DNA from: Octopus sinensis
Lineage: Eukaryota
Assembly (NCBI RefSeq): GCF_006345805.1
Contig: NC_043015.1
Span: 31,248,001-31,312,000 of the forward strand
Reading direction: 5' to 3'
Length of the DNA: 64,000 bases
The notes under the pieces were generated by a model, which did not search any database, had not been told where the DNA came from, and saw nothing but the letters and a program-made list of their open reading frames with translations. The translations under genes and the position numbers were made by a program. This document shows positions 13,823 to 27,518 of this stretch, piece by piece; the first letter of the stretch is position 1, and each line of letters starts with the position of its first letter.

Positions 13823-15850
13823 TTACTATTATATCTACATATATGGACTGCATTTTATTGGGGTTTTTTTCTTTACAAAGGTAATTATCATAGGCCACCA
13901 ATATCTGAAACAAGGGTGTGCTGCCAATACACGTGTGTATTTGTAATCTATTTCCTTTTCAGTTGATGTTTTTCGTATAACTAATCTTATTTTATGCATA
14001 ACCTACAGCTTGCCAACATATGAAAGAGATTGTATAGAGCTGGAATTTATTCTTCCTATTAAAAAATAATATTGCTATATAAAAAAAAACAAGCAAAATT
14101 AAATATAAATAAATAAAATTTCTTAGTCAACATTGGTTAATTTCCTAGCTTTAGTAGTTTTTGACATATCAAGAAAGAAAACACAGAATCAATGAAAGAG
14201 ACCAAGTGTGGTAAGTAATTTTATGGTGGTTGGATATGTAGGATAGTTGCAGGTAAGGAGGATAATTGAAAAGGTAAACAATAAAGCATAAAAGTGACTG
14301 TGCTGTAATGAAAGTGTAGATGAATGTTGTAAGGTAATGGGATCTGGTTAGAGACTTGGCTGAGAATTCATATGCCATGTCAACTACTCTTCCTTCTCAA
14401 CTACTCCCACCCCTATATAATATGGGATAGCCACGTATCTTCCTCTAGAGCAAGAGACCTATTTTTCTATCATACTTCAGCCTTTCAACACCTGGCTTAA
14501 GTTACCTCTCTCACACACACAGCAACATGAGCTTTCCCTGCTTTTTTCTTCTCTTTCATTCTTGCAAGTCACTAGATAACCTGAATAGAGCCAGTGACAT
14601 GGAAAAAAAGCTCCCAATACACACTACAATGTGGTTAGCATGAGGAAAGGCATCCAGTCGTAAAAACCATGTCAAAGCTGATACTGGCACTTGGCACAGC
14701 CCCAAAGCTCACTAGGTCCTACCAAACCATCCAACCCATGCGAGCATGGCAAAATGAACATTAAATGATGATTATGTTATCATCATTGTTCTTACATCCA
14801 TTTTTTACCACAATGTTGGCTTGAATTGGATGAGGCTTATTGAGGCAATGTTCTACAAGACATGTAAACAAAAACAAAACATTAGTCTACCACTCTGTTT
14901 CTGTCATTTAATAGTAATAATTTCTAAAATAGACACAAAGTACTCGTGTTACTGATCCCAGAAAGACACAAAATACAAAGTCCACATCTGTAGGGTTTCA
15001 ACTCAGAAAATATACTGAACTCAGAACTTAGCTTGATTATCTATACACTCTCAGAGTGGTTTGGCGTTAGGAAGGGCATCCAGCAGTAGAAACTACACCA
15101 GATCAAGATTGGAGCCTGGTGTGGCCATCTGATTCGCGAGCCCTCAGTCAAAATCGTCCAACCCATGCTAGCATGGAAAGCGGACATTAAACGATGATGA
15201 TGATGATGATGATTGTCCAATGCTTTACAGTTTAGTCCACTGCCTTACATCTAATCCAGTTCTCAACCACTTAGTCCAAAACTCCAATGATTATGAGGAT
15301 ACCAAACTTTGACACAAAACCCACAAATAAATGATTACATAGAGTTAATTGAAGTGATTTTCAATATACCACTGGTACTTATTTTTAAACAATAATGGTT
15401 TTGAACATTGGAATGAGGCAAGCAACATTACAGGCAGAGGAAGGAGTCACAAACCATTGTTGCACACTTCTGATTACATCCAGGACAGATGACCGATAAG
15501 GAGTGACAACAGACTAGAAAGATAAATAACTGATAATTTACGCAGCCAGAACACATATATATATATATGTCCTGGCTGGCTAAGCCACTGTGTAGTAAGG
15601 TGTGTATGTGTGTGAAAGAGAGAGAGAGACAGAGAGAAGAAGAAGAAGAAGAGGACAAAGAAAACTATAAACAAGGAGTTGCCAGAAAGAGAAATGACAA
15701 CAAAAGAAAGTAATTTTCCCAACCAGGATACTTCTTTCTTCTCAGATCAAAAACTTGAAAACAACAGCAGTAATCTGTCGTCACAGCATGGAGATGGATA
15801 TACAATAGAGAACCAACTAATAGATTAGATAATGTATTCTTGGACACATT

Positions 15851-16905
15851 ATGGTCAAGGCTAATAGAGCCACCTCTACGAAAACACAAATAGTGAGTGG
15901 TGTTCCACAAGGCATTGTCTTGGGACCACTGCTTTTTATGGTGGCCCTCTCAGATATGCCCTCAAGAACCCAGATAGCAAGCTATGCAGATGATACAAAA
16001 GTTTCGCAGAAAATACAGAACCCCAGCGATGTTGCACATCCGCAGCAGGAGTTGGACTCAATTTACAGATGGGCTAAGGATAATAATATGCAGTTTAATG
16101 CTGAAAAATTCCAAGCTCTGTGCTACCAGTGTCCAAAACTGAATATGAAACTTACAGGGTACACTGGTCCACAGGGAATTTCAATCCCAAAGCCTAAATC
16201 AGTGAGGGACCTGGGTATCGACACGAGTGATGATACCTCTTTCCAAATGCACATTACCAGGATGGCAACAAAGTGCAGACGACTGGCTTGTCTGGATCCT
16301 GAGAACATTCAGAACCAGAGATAAGGAAACCATGATAATCCTCTGGAGGACATTCGTCCTCAGCCGCCTGGATTACTGCTCACAGCTATGGTCACCCACC
16401 AGTGTGAAATTAACAGCAGACCTTGAAGCAATCCAGAGAAGATTCACAAAGAAGATCGTCCCTTTGCAACTGCTCAGCTACTGGGAAAGGCCGAAACAGC
16501 TAAGACTCTACACCCCGGAGAGAAAGCGGAAGAGGTATGCAGTAATATACATCTGGAAGATCCTGGAAGGAATTGTGCCAAATTTTGGCATTGAAAGCTA
16601 CACCAATGCCAGAATGGGACGACACTGCATAGTGCCAAAGATCCCAGCAACGCCATCGCGCTTCAAGAATAGTTACTACAACAGCCTGAGGAACCTGCAC
16701 AAAGTAGATGTAGGCATTTTTAAATCAAAGCTGGACCACTTCCTGTCGAGAATCCCAGATGAACCTACATCAAGGCAAGAGGTGCAGATAAGGGTAGCTA
16801 TATCAAACGCCATTCTTCACCAAGAGGAGGCTCTCAGTAATAACAGTGTAGCAAAACGGCGGTGCATAAGCATGGCCGCAGCTCTGAGCTGAAACTACAG
16901 AAAAA
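15851..16905 (+). mobile_element. 5'-truncated CR1-clade LINE, RT and C-terminus, frameshifted
   Basis: SGVPQGIVLGPLLF, YADDTK, W..DNNMQFNAEKF, RDLGI and LDYCSQLWSP..LEAIQRRFTK motifs spread over two frames. Confidence 0.9.
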
Positions 16906-16930
16906 AAATTATATATATAAAATATATATA

Positions 16931-16976
<46 letters not shown>

Positions 16977-18774
16977 AAATATATATATATAATATAAAAT
17001 ATATATATGTATAATATATATAAAATAATATATATATATATAAAATATATATATATATAATATATAAAATATATATATAATATAATATATAAATATAAAA
17101 TATATATATAATATAATATATAAAATATATATATAATATAATATATAAATATAAAATATATAAATAAAATATATATATAATATAATATATAAATATAAAA
17201 TATATATATAATATAATATAATATATATAATAAATATATATATAATATAATATATATATATATATATAATGAACATGTAAACTTTTTAATGTCCTTTGCC
17301 CTGGAAATATTTCACGCAAGGTCTTCAAAATGCAAACTTATTTCATTATATATATATATATATATATTTTTTGTATTGAGTATAAATTGAGACAATTCTA
17401 GGCAATATCAATTAATAAATTTATATTCATTAAATCTTTCCATTTTCTAATTTTATATATAAAATATATATATATATATATATATATTACAACAGATACG
17501 ACCAAGACATACAAGAAACTTACAAAACGTTACTATCGAGAATCTTGGTGACCTGATGTTATTTCTTATCCGGTACCCACAACATATCTAATTTCCCTAC
17601 TTTAAACTTTCATTGGCGACCACCGACTCACAGATCGTCTTCTCTGTGCATGTTTACACACGAGCTTATGGAACTATAAAGTGTTACATACATCGAAAAC
17701 GAATGAATCAACTTCATTAAAAGAAATTATAAAGATTGGCGGTTTTTAAGTTCGGTCTCTATTTATTGAGTTATCAATGTATTTATGCAGGTACGAGGGG
17801 AGGGGGGTTATTGCGAGTTTGTCGGTCGGTTGGGGGAAAAGTGGGGAAAAAAATAGACCAGGAAGCGGTGGATACGCATACAATAACACAGTGAAGTGTT
17901 TGTAGAAGAAATTAGAAATGTTTGTAAGACGACGAAGACGGAAAAAGAAATAGAAGAGAGCCTAAGGAGGTGGAGGGGGGGGAAGATTGGTGTTGGCGGG
18001 GGGGAAGCAATGTATTTACTGATTTATTTACACATTATGTTACGTCTGTGCCTATGTCTACATTGTGGTTTATTTCGCGTGTGTAGGTCTGTATACATCC
18101 GAGTGCGGGTCCATCTACGAGGAGTACATCCCTACATCCATCCATCTCAGTGCGTGTGTGTGTGTGTCTGGCTAATTGCGTGTAAAAAGTTTGTACGGAT
18201 ATCTTTGTCCGTGACCGTGTTTGCGTATGCTTTGGGACTGTTGTTTTTTCCTCACGAACCAAATTACTTTACTTTTGTTTATGGACCTATTTTCGGAAGC
18301 CTGATAAATAAAATAAAATACAATCCACTTAGATTTCCTCTCTATAATATAGGGGATAGTGTCAAGTGAGCAAGAGGGCGGGCGAAGATCATCAAACAAA
18401 CTCTTACACACACATATTATGTCAAACACATACATACATAAATACACATTAAGAACTCTTATTTTCCAAGACTGAAAAATGTACTGAAAAAACTTGGAGT
18501 GGAGACAATCCCAATAGCCAGAAGTCACTCAGTGGGGATGGCCACCACTTCGTATTAACAACAGTGTCTTTTTCCCCCGTAATTATTTTTATTAAAATAA
18601 TAATTGTTACAATCGTCGTGACGATGTTGTTATTACCAGTACCAAGTTTAGAATATAAAAACGTGTATAAATAAAGTTTTCAAACTGTACATACATACGC
18701 GTACGAGTGGTGTGTGACAACCACATCGAACCACACCCGTCAAAAATCAGTCAATCACCTATGTGTATGTTGCG

Positions 18775-18778
18775 TGTG

Positions 18779-18826
<48 letters not shown>

Positions 18827-18958
18827 TATATATATATAATATATATATGTAAATATATATATATGTAATATATATATATATGTAAATATGTATATATGTA
18901 TATATATATATTATATATGTAAATATATATATATATATGTAAATATATATATATGTAA

Positions 18959-18991
<33 letters not shown>

Positions 18992-19561
18992 GTAAATATA
19001 TATATATATGTAAATATATATATATATATGTAAATATATATATATATGTAAAATATATGTATATATGTAAATATATATATATATATGTGTAAATATATAT
19101 ATATATATAATATATATATGTTTAAATATATATATATGTAAATATATATATGTAAATATATATATGTAAATATATATATATATATGTAAATATATATATA
19201 TGTAAATATATATATATATATATGTAAATATATATATAGTAATATATATATATAATATGTAAATATATATATATATATGTAAATATATATATATATATGT
19301 AAATATATATATAATATGTAAATATATATATATATATGTAATATATATATATATATATGTAAATATATATATATATTAAATATATATATATGTAAATATA
19401 TATATATATGTAAATATATATATATGTAAATATATATATATATATATGTAAATATATATATATGTAAATATATATATATGTAAATATTATATATATGTAA
19501 ATATATATATGTAAATATATATATATGTAAATATATATATATATATATATATGTATATGTA

Positions 19562-19644
<83 letters not shown>

Positions 19645-19645
19645 A
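18775..19645. repeat. Compound (TA)n / TATATATGTAAA satellite ending in (TG)n
   Basis: Directly visible. Similar TA tracts at 8865-8975, 16910-17270 and 20100-20360. Confidence 0.95.
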
Positions 19646-20120
19646 TATACGTGTGTTTTCTCAACGAATTATTGTAATGAGGAAAGAATATACAGCCTCA
19701 TAATTTCGGTGTAAGTCTCTGGATGGGGGAGGACCCTTTTCAAAACAAGATATTTGGATATTTGGCTGCTTTTGAACACTCAAGCACAAAAACAAAAAAT
19801 ACATGAGATACGCTTAAGCGAAAAATAGCTACACACAAACACTTATACAAAGACAACACAATAATGATAGATGGTTCCCTTTTTTTTTTTTTTAGCAAGA
19901 TACACGGGCAATGTTTTGTTAAAGGGAAGGTCCAGTAAAATACATCGGCCCGAATACTGTGTGTTTACACACACATTAAAGCCACTATGGAAGAATACAA
20001 AGGGGTCGATCCCGGTGTGGAAATAAAATCACAAACACTGCACGAAGAATATAGACCGGCTTTCCGATGACTACGCCAGAAAGTGACAACATTCCACTAT
20101 ATACACACACACATATACAT

Positions 20121-20200
<80 letters not shown>

Positions 20201-21123
20201 CATATATATAGTTATATATATACATATATATATATATGTATATGTATATAAGTATACATATATATATATATGTATATATGTATGTAATATATATTATATG
20301 TATATAGTGTGTGTGTGATGTATGTATGTATGTATGTATTGTGTGTGTGTGTGTGTGCGTATATATTGTGTGTGTCCCCGTGTTCACAATATTAGTAAAA
20401 ATTGTAAATACATAAGAAAGAAAATGGTTTGGAGATATATATGGATAGTAAAACGTGAATCTAAAAGCCGTTTGGTGCTAATGGCTGGCCAGTTGGTTGA
20501 ATAATGTAATATAGATTTGATTATTGACAAGTCTAGCAGCGGCGGCGGATGACGGATGGACATTTCCAGTGTTCATGGGCTGGATTAGGAAGACTGAGAA
20601 CTGTCTTGGAAATGTGGATTAGCGATGGTGCTCGCTTCCCATCGCCTTTCCACCTGGGATTAAACGCGTAGAAGAGAGGACGTCCCATAGCCAAAACAGA
20701 TCTTGATTTTTAGAGAAGAATGAAATACTATGTGACTCTGTGTGTAGTGTGTAAGTAGGTAGGTGTATGTGCGGTTGTACGTGTGGAATGGGTTAGTGGT
20801 GCGACTCAGATACGGACTGAGGGTGGAATTCAGGCGGGTGCATCGGTAAAATAAAGTAAAGAATGGACAGGTACAAATCTAAAGTGGATATTAGGGGTTT
20901 AGAAATCAGACAGGGCAAAAAAAATTAGAGAAAAAGCTCATCCCTGTAGAATGTTTATCGATGTGGAGATAGAACGATAGTGTTGATGGTGATGGTGATG
21001 TTGTATGTCACATCATTAGAGACAGATAGAGAGAAAGATGCTGAGAGAGAGAGAGAGAGAGCGAACGAGTGAAAGGCTAAGAGAGATGGAGATGAAGCGA
21101 GAGAGAGAGGCGGGTCAACTCAC

Positions 21124-21306
21124 CGTAGTTTTAATTTCTTTGTTGGTCGATATCCGACGATGGAAAGCTTTTGCGGGTTCTGTGTCTATGTCGCTGTCAG
21201 AGGAATACTCGTCTTGAGTTGGGCCACCATCACCTTGCATAAATTCCTTGTCCCTGCTCTCCTCCGGCCCAGCTCCCCTCCACTGACTGCAACTGCTAGT
21301 CGCCAT
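21124..21306 (-). CDS. DGKH: Probable first coding exon of diacylglycerol kinase eta/delta (type II DGK)
   Basis: ATG in good context (aagATGG) at 21306. 61 codons MATSSCS...DEYSSDSDIDTEPAKAFHRRISTNKEIKTT, then a GTGAGT donor (21123-21118), phase 0. The C-terminal part resembles the recalled human DGKH segment [29 protein letters not shown] that precedes the PH domain. The next (PH) exon was not found in the window. Confidence 0.65.
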
Positions 21307-21906
21307 CTTGCTCCTCCTTCGCAGCCCGTCTTCTCCTCCTACCCCTTCACACCGCTTCTCTTGCTGAGACCGAGGTCAAAGGTTGTATCTATAACTTGCG
21401 TGTCAGAGTTCATAGAGTATATAACACAAGTAAATGTTGATTTAAACTCAAGACGTCCAGTTTTTCTTTCTTTCTTTTCTTTGTATATTATTATCGCAAA
21501 TTACTGAAACAAGCGATAACACAAGACAATGTAAATTAGATTTCTCCAGCTACACGAATATACACACACACGCACGCATATGTATATTTTAAACTGAATT
21601 TGTGGTGGAAAAGCAGTAGCGATGATAAAACGAATTTCAAATAGTCGTAATAAAAAAAATATCTTTCAGTCAAGCCTTATGTAGGAAATTGTTGACGATG
21701 AATACCATGGTAACCCAATTCTCATTGAGAAATGAATATTTACAGTTCGGCGAGTATTTGCTGCTATTACATCATCACTGTTAATTCATGGTTAAATTAC
21801 TTCTGTCCCAATTAGAAAGGAAACTAATATGACAGGTAATATTCCATTCAAGGAAGGCATATATATATGTGCGTGTATGCATATATGTGTGTAAATATAT
21901 ATATAG

Positions 21907-21970
<64 letters not shown>

Positions 21971-22345
21971 TATATATATGTATATGTATATGGAAAAAAA
22001 GTCAAGATAGAAAATACTAAGATATTTTTATAAAAAAAAAACATTTCAGTACCGGTTCCAGTCATTGAGACTTTTTCAACTGTAGCAATTAAATAATTAA
22101 ATTTAGAAAAATTAAAAGAAAAGTTTTTTTAAAAGAATATTTGTATAGTGTTCAAATACAAGTGGTATTTTCCTTGTTTCTGCCTGTTTCTCTGTCTCTT
22201 TTGTTTACTCTTGTGGGTATATATGTATGTATATATATATATATATAGTTAATCCAAACAAGAAAGCACAAAAAAACACAGCAACGCGAGGACGTGGAAC
22301 AAATATAGTATTATTGGACGCTCAGGAAAGAAGGGAAGAAGGAGG

Positions 22346-22380
22346 ATTTAACGTTTCGAGCGGAGCTCTTCGTCGGAAAC
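22346..22380 (-). ncRNA. Minimal type I HHR-like motif with CCGACGA core (family H)
   Basis: GTTT-CCGACGA-a-GAGC(tcc)GCTC-GAAA-CG-TT-AAAT. The same fold occurs at 9088-9122 and, CpG-decayed, at 39601-39635. Confidence 0.6.
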
Positions 22381-22454
22381 ATAGGAGAAGGAAAGATCCA
22401 GAGAAGGAAAGATCCAGAGAAGAGAAGACATGTGTGTGTGTAAATATGTATACG

Positions 22455-22509
<55 letters not shown>

Positions 22510-22681
22510 ATATATATGAGTAAGTAGTATAAAGTCTAATGAGCTGTCCACAAAGCTGCGGCTTTAGTCAATGCGAGACCATTGGTCACCAGACTTCAAC
22601 TTTATTGCTTAATACTTCACTGCTCTATACTTTAGACTGCGCTTCTTATTCAGGTGGATATATGATACATTGAAAATATAT

Positions 22682-22712
<31 letters not shown>

Positions 22713-22799
22713 TACATATATATATATTATATACATATATATGTATGTGTATATATATATATATGTCTGTCGCATCATGAAAAAGATAGAGACGACTCG

Positions 22800-22846
<47 letters not shown>

Positions 22847-23934
22847 TACATATACACATATATATATATAAACACACACACACACAAGGTAGGGTAGGGT
22901 AAATGCCAGCTGTTTCCTCTTGAACCGCATCTACTTATTCCATTATTGCAATCCACTATATTGTTGCAATTGTTGTTGCGTTATTGTAAGGAACATATTA
23001 GAGTTGAAAATCCCGGAAATATCATATCATTTCCATTTATTGTATAAAAAAAGAGCAAGTTGGAATTTTCGGTGGTGGGGGGGTGTTCATTATTTGCCAT
23101 TACATATGCTTCATTTGGTAATAGGAATTACAAAGTTTTACATGTTAGATACAAATGTGAGATATTTCCATTTAGAAATTCTTCAAATAGAGAATCCAAT
23201 AATAATGTATTTCTTGGATTCTCTTTTGGAAGAATTTCTAATTGGAAATCTCTTAGATTTTCATCTAACATATAAAATAAAACTTCTTAATTCCTATTAG
23301 CAAATAATAAGGTGATATATATAATAAGATAAGAAAATAGAGAAGTGATTAATAAATTATTATTAATTAAAAAATTGACAAACGTCCCTTACAGCTGTTT
23401 CAATTCTAACCATCAGAAAATTAATTAAATTAAAAATTATTTGAAAGTCGAATCTCTTCAGAAGTGGGTATATACAAAATAGGTGTTCACTTTCCTCGTG
23501 TTTGCAGCTGTTTACTCAACATGAGGAAATTGAACATCTATTTTGTATATCTTTATCTCTTTACTCTCTCTTTTACTTGTTTCAGTCATTTGACTGCGGC
23601 CATGCTGGAGCAACGCCTTTAGTCGAGCAAATCGACCCCAGGACTTATTCCTTGTAAGCCCAGTACTTATTCTATCAGTCCCTTTTGCCAAACCGCTAAG
23701 TGACGTAAACACACCAGCATCGGTTGTCAAGGAATGCTAGGGGGACAAACACAGACACACAAACATATATATGACAGGCTTCTTTCAGTTTCCGTCTACC
23801 AAATCCACTCACAAGGCTTTGGTCGGCCCGAGACTATAGTACAAGACACTTGCCCAAGGTGCTACGCAGTGGGACTGAACCCGGAACAATGTGGTTGGTA
23901 AGCAAGCTACTTACCATACAACTACTCCTACGCC

Positions 23935-24850
23935 TAACTCGACGTCTAGTCTACCGACGGCACTAGCCCGCTCTATACGACGCTTCCATGACTAGCTATC
24001 ACATCCACTATTTATACATATTGGACTAGCCGACTTATCGTCTGGGGGCATCCACACAACACCTCCCCCTTCTGAGTGTTCTTTTTTTTTTTATCAATTT
24101 TATTTCTTTGGTGAGAAACTGGCATATCTTTTTCTCTTAGCATTAATTACCATCAATTCTGTAGGTTTTCTCTTCCTGTTTGACCTACATGTCGGTTCTG
24201 CTTCTGCTTGTGGTTCTGGGACCTCGAACAAATCATACCATCTATCCATTGGTTCCTCTCACCTCTCTTGGTTTTTGGTATCCCTTTTTATTATCCATTG
24301 GTTCCTCTCACCTCTCTTGGTTTTTGGTATCCCTTTTTATTATCCATTGGTTCCTCTCACCTCTCTTGGTTTTTGGTATCCCTTTTTATTATCCATTGGT
24401 TCCTCTCACCTCTCTTGGTTTTTGGTATCCCTTTTTATTATCCATTGGTTCCTCTCACCTCTCTTGGTTTTTGGTATCCCTTTTTATTAACTGGCTTATA
24501 TGCCTTCTGTGTTCATATTTTGGTCCTTTTACCTTGTACAACACGTTACCCAGACGTCCAGTTATACTTCCTTGTTTCCAGTCCTGTTTTCCATTACTAT
24601 ATATTTTAAAATACACTTTGTCACCTGTGTTAAAAAATTTTGTTCTTCTTCCTGAATTTTCTATTTTCTGTTTCCTACTCAGCAACAATTTATCAAAAAT
24701 AGAATGAATTTTTCTAGAAAACATCAAATCTGCGGCCGACCTACCCGACTCTGCATTTTTGAACGCTTTGAGAGAACGGTTTAAGAGAGGGACAGAAGAA
24801 CCGTCTACACTTGTTGAAGCCAGTAGTCAGAAAGAAAGTAGCCCTCTGGT
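23935..24850 (-). mobile_element. Ty3/gypsy LTR retrotransposon remnant: integrase C-terminus, PPT and start of 3' LTR
   Basis: SAADLMFSRKI...FNTGDKVYFK..WKQG.I..RLGNVLYKV....RRHISQL. Polypurine tract AGAAGGGGGAGG (24073-24062) directly followed by TGTTG (LTR start at 24061). Confidence 0.85.
24243..24489. repeat. 49-bp tandem repeat x5 inside the gypsy remnant
   Basis: Identical units start at 24243, 24292, 24341, 24390 and 24439. Confidence 0.95.
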
Positions 24851-25065
24851 CACATGTCAGCAACGATATATATATATATATATATATCAGGAGAAGAAGA
24901 ATTGAGCCAGTATTGGACTGATATTTTATTTATCAAGCTTCAAAGGATGAAAGGCAAAGTTCAAAGTTCACTTCTGCAAGATTTGAACTCAGTGATCCAG
25001 ACAAGCAACAAGCTTCTCTATCTGCTGATCTTAATGGGTCTACCTGGCATGGAAAAGTGGATGTT

Positions 25066-25250
25066 AAAATGATGATGATGATGATGATGATGACGATGAT
25101 GACGATGATGATGATGATGATGATGATGACGACGATGATGAGGATGATGATGATGATGATGACGATGATGAGGATGATGGTGATGATGATGATGATTATG
25201 ATGATGATGATGACGATGACGAAGATGAGGATGATGATAATGATGATACA
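25066..25250. repeat. Imperfect (GAT)n microsatellite
   Basis: Explains the poly-Met, poly-His and poly-Ile ORFs. Confidence 0.95.
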
Positions 25251-25282
25251 CATAAACTCAAACACACACACATGCACACATT

Positions 25283-25328
<46 letters not shown>

Positions 25329-25429
25329 TTGGAAAAATTAGAAGTAGCTGCAGAGAAAAAATATCAAAAAACTAGAACAAGAAGCGATATCATGTTAGCT
25401 AGAAAATGAATTAGATACCTGGTACAGTT

Positions 25430-27095
25430 ATCAAGGAGAGGAGCAGAGAAAAGGAGGTCTGCATCTGTTCTTGTGATGTGAGGATCAGAATCATGAGGTG
25501 TTTCTGATTGCTAAGTAGTTTTTCTGGAGAGAATTAAGACATTTGGGAGAAATGGATATGGAATAATAACAGCTAGCTGGCTTTTTACTGGTACTGAAAT
25601 GAAGCGGCTTGGAAATACTGCTACAAGAGACTTTTGAATGCGGAGAATGTTTGGGGAGTGTCTTCCCTAGATAGACCCATAAGAGAAACTAGCCACTGTA
25701 GAGCAACTGTGAGCATGAAGGCAAGGAAGGCACCTGGTCTATCAGAAGTTTTTTTGGTTTTTTTTTTTTTTCCAGAAATTGATGATGTTAATGTTCCATT
25801 GAAATTGTCATGAGTCAACATCTGCAGAAAAGACATAAGTGACAGGAGATAGCAGCAGGCCAAAATTCTAGGCTTGAAGAATTGGACATAATGATTAGGG
25901 TGACAAAAGGGGAATTGAGCTCACCAAGAGTGATGAGAGATGAAGAGGCAAGTGAGTTGGAGATACTTTAAATGGTTATTCCAACTGGCTGCCAGGCAAA
26001 TGGGAAGCAGTAATTGAAGTAGATGGTGAATATGCTCCAGAATAATCATTTAAAAATGTTTTTGTTAAATGTTATTGTTTTTGGTTGTATACTGTCAACT
26101 TAACGTGACAGTCCTGTAAAGGAATTACACCACTGCTGTTTAGCCCTAGGAAGCATCGACGCTTCCTGTCGGCCTTGACACATTTCCTGTCTCCTTATAT
26201 ATTTACGAAGGGGAGACAAACACCCCCAACAGCTAGGCCTGCATCTAGAGACATGCATGTTTCTGGGTCTTGCCCATCATCAGTTATTGTTTTTGTTGAA
26301 TAAAATCTATTGAAAAAAGCTGCAATAATTATGCACCAAACTAATAATTGAATGGCAATAATCCAAGTGGTCCTTCTTTGGATGTGATTTAGAATGTCAG
26401 CATGTTTAGCATTAGTACCATCCTAAATGTGGGCACAGTACTCTGTTGAGGTCCTTACCTGAACCTTGGCCAGTCTCAGCTGCTGCTGCTGGGGTTGAAA
26501 TATTTTCTTGCCTGACAGAAAAGAGTTAATCTTTGGGATGCACTAAAATGCTTTAAAAATGAAGAATGCAAGCTAATCCCTTACATAGTCACTCAGATTG
26601 TTCAAGAAGTAGTCTTACCCAATAAATGGTGCAACAGTATCACTGTTAAGGCGTCGAGCTGGCAGAAACGTTAGCACGCCAGTGCGTAACTGGTCCTTAA
26701 TTTATTGACCCCGAAAGGATGAAAGGCAAAGTCAACCTCTGCAGAATTTGAACTCACAACATAACAACAGACGAAATACGGCTACGCATTTCACCCGGCG
26801 TGCTAACGTTTCTGCCAGCTCGCCGCCTTAAAGATTTGTCAACCTGTAAAAGGCTTTTCACAAGGTTCCATGGTCTATAATATGGCCATCACTAAGGTAG
26901 CTAGAAGTAGATGAATGGCTTGTGGAGGCAGTACAAACCATGTACAGAGATACCATCAGCAAAATGAGTCAGCAATAAGTACAGCAGTGAATTTAATATA
27001 CATGTGTGATTCCACAGGAATCAATTCTCAGCCTCCTCCTGTTTATCATAGCCTCCAGGCTATAACAGAGAGTTAAATACCTGTTGTCCGTTGCA
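25430..27095 (+). mobile_element. Fragmented RTE-clade LINE with nested insertions
   Basis: Decayed peptides AWKYCYKRLLNAENVW (~25610) and KVPWSIIW..L..DEWLVEAVQTMYRD (~26870-26960), typical of RTE RT flanks. Interrupted by other repeats. Confidence 0.6.
26240..26288 (-). ncRNA. HHR motif with intact core, stems II and III, but no stem I partner
   Basis: CTGATGA-TGGG(caaga)CCCA-GAAA-CATGCATG-TC-tctag. Confidence 0.6.
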
Positions 27096-27099
27096 TCTC

Positions 27100-27450
27100 C
27101 TATCTGATAATGACCCAGAAAACATTGACAGACAATAAATGTAGGCTGTGCAAGACAAAGACTGGAGACTTCAACCACATTATTGCCAGCTGTGAGAGGA
27201 TGTCTTCCAGATACTGTCTTCCCATGAGGCATGATGCAGTGGCCAGAACATCCTGGAACAAGACGATAAAAACGAATACACCGAATACACAGGAGTGGCT
27301 GTGTGGTAAGTAGCTTGCTAACCAACCACATGGTTCCGGGTTCAGTCCCACTGCGTGGCATCTTGGGCAAGTGTCTTCTGCTATAGCCTCGGGCCGACCA
27401 AAGCCTTGTGAGTGGATTTGGTAGACAAAAACTGGAAGAAACCTGTCATA

Positions 27451-27518
<68 letters not shown>

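Noticed and set aside
16803-20387. Long YI/IY, CV, HT, SL and poly-H/M ORFs (also 24933-25341, 29016-29414, 31765-32620, 57628-58059)
   Set aside because: These are translations of stop-free microsatellites, not genes.
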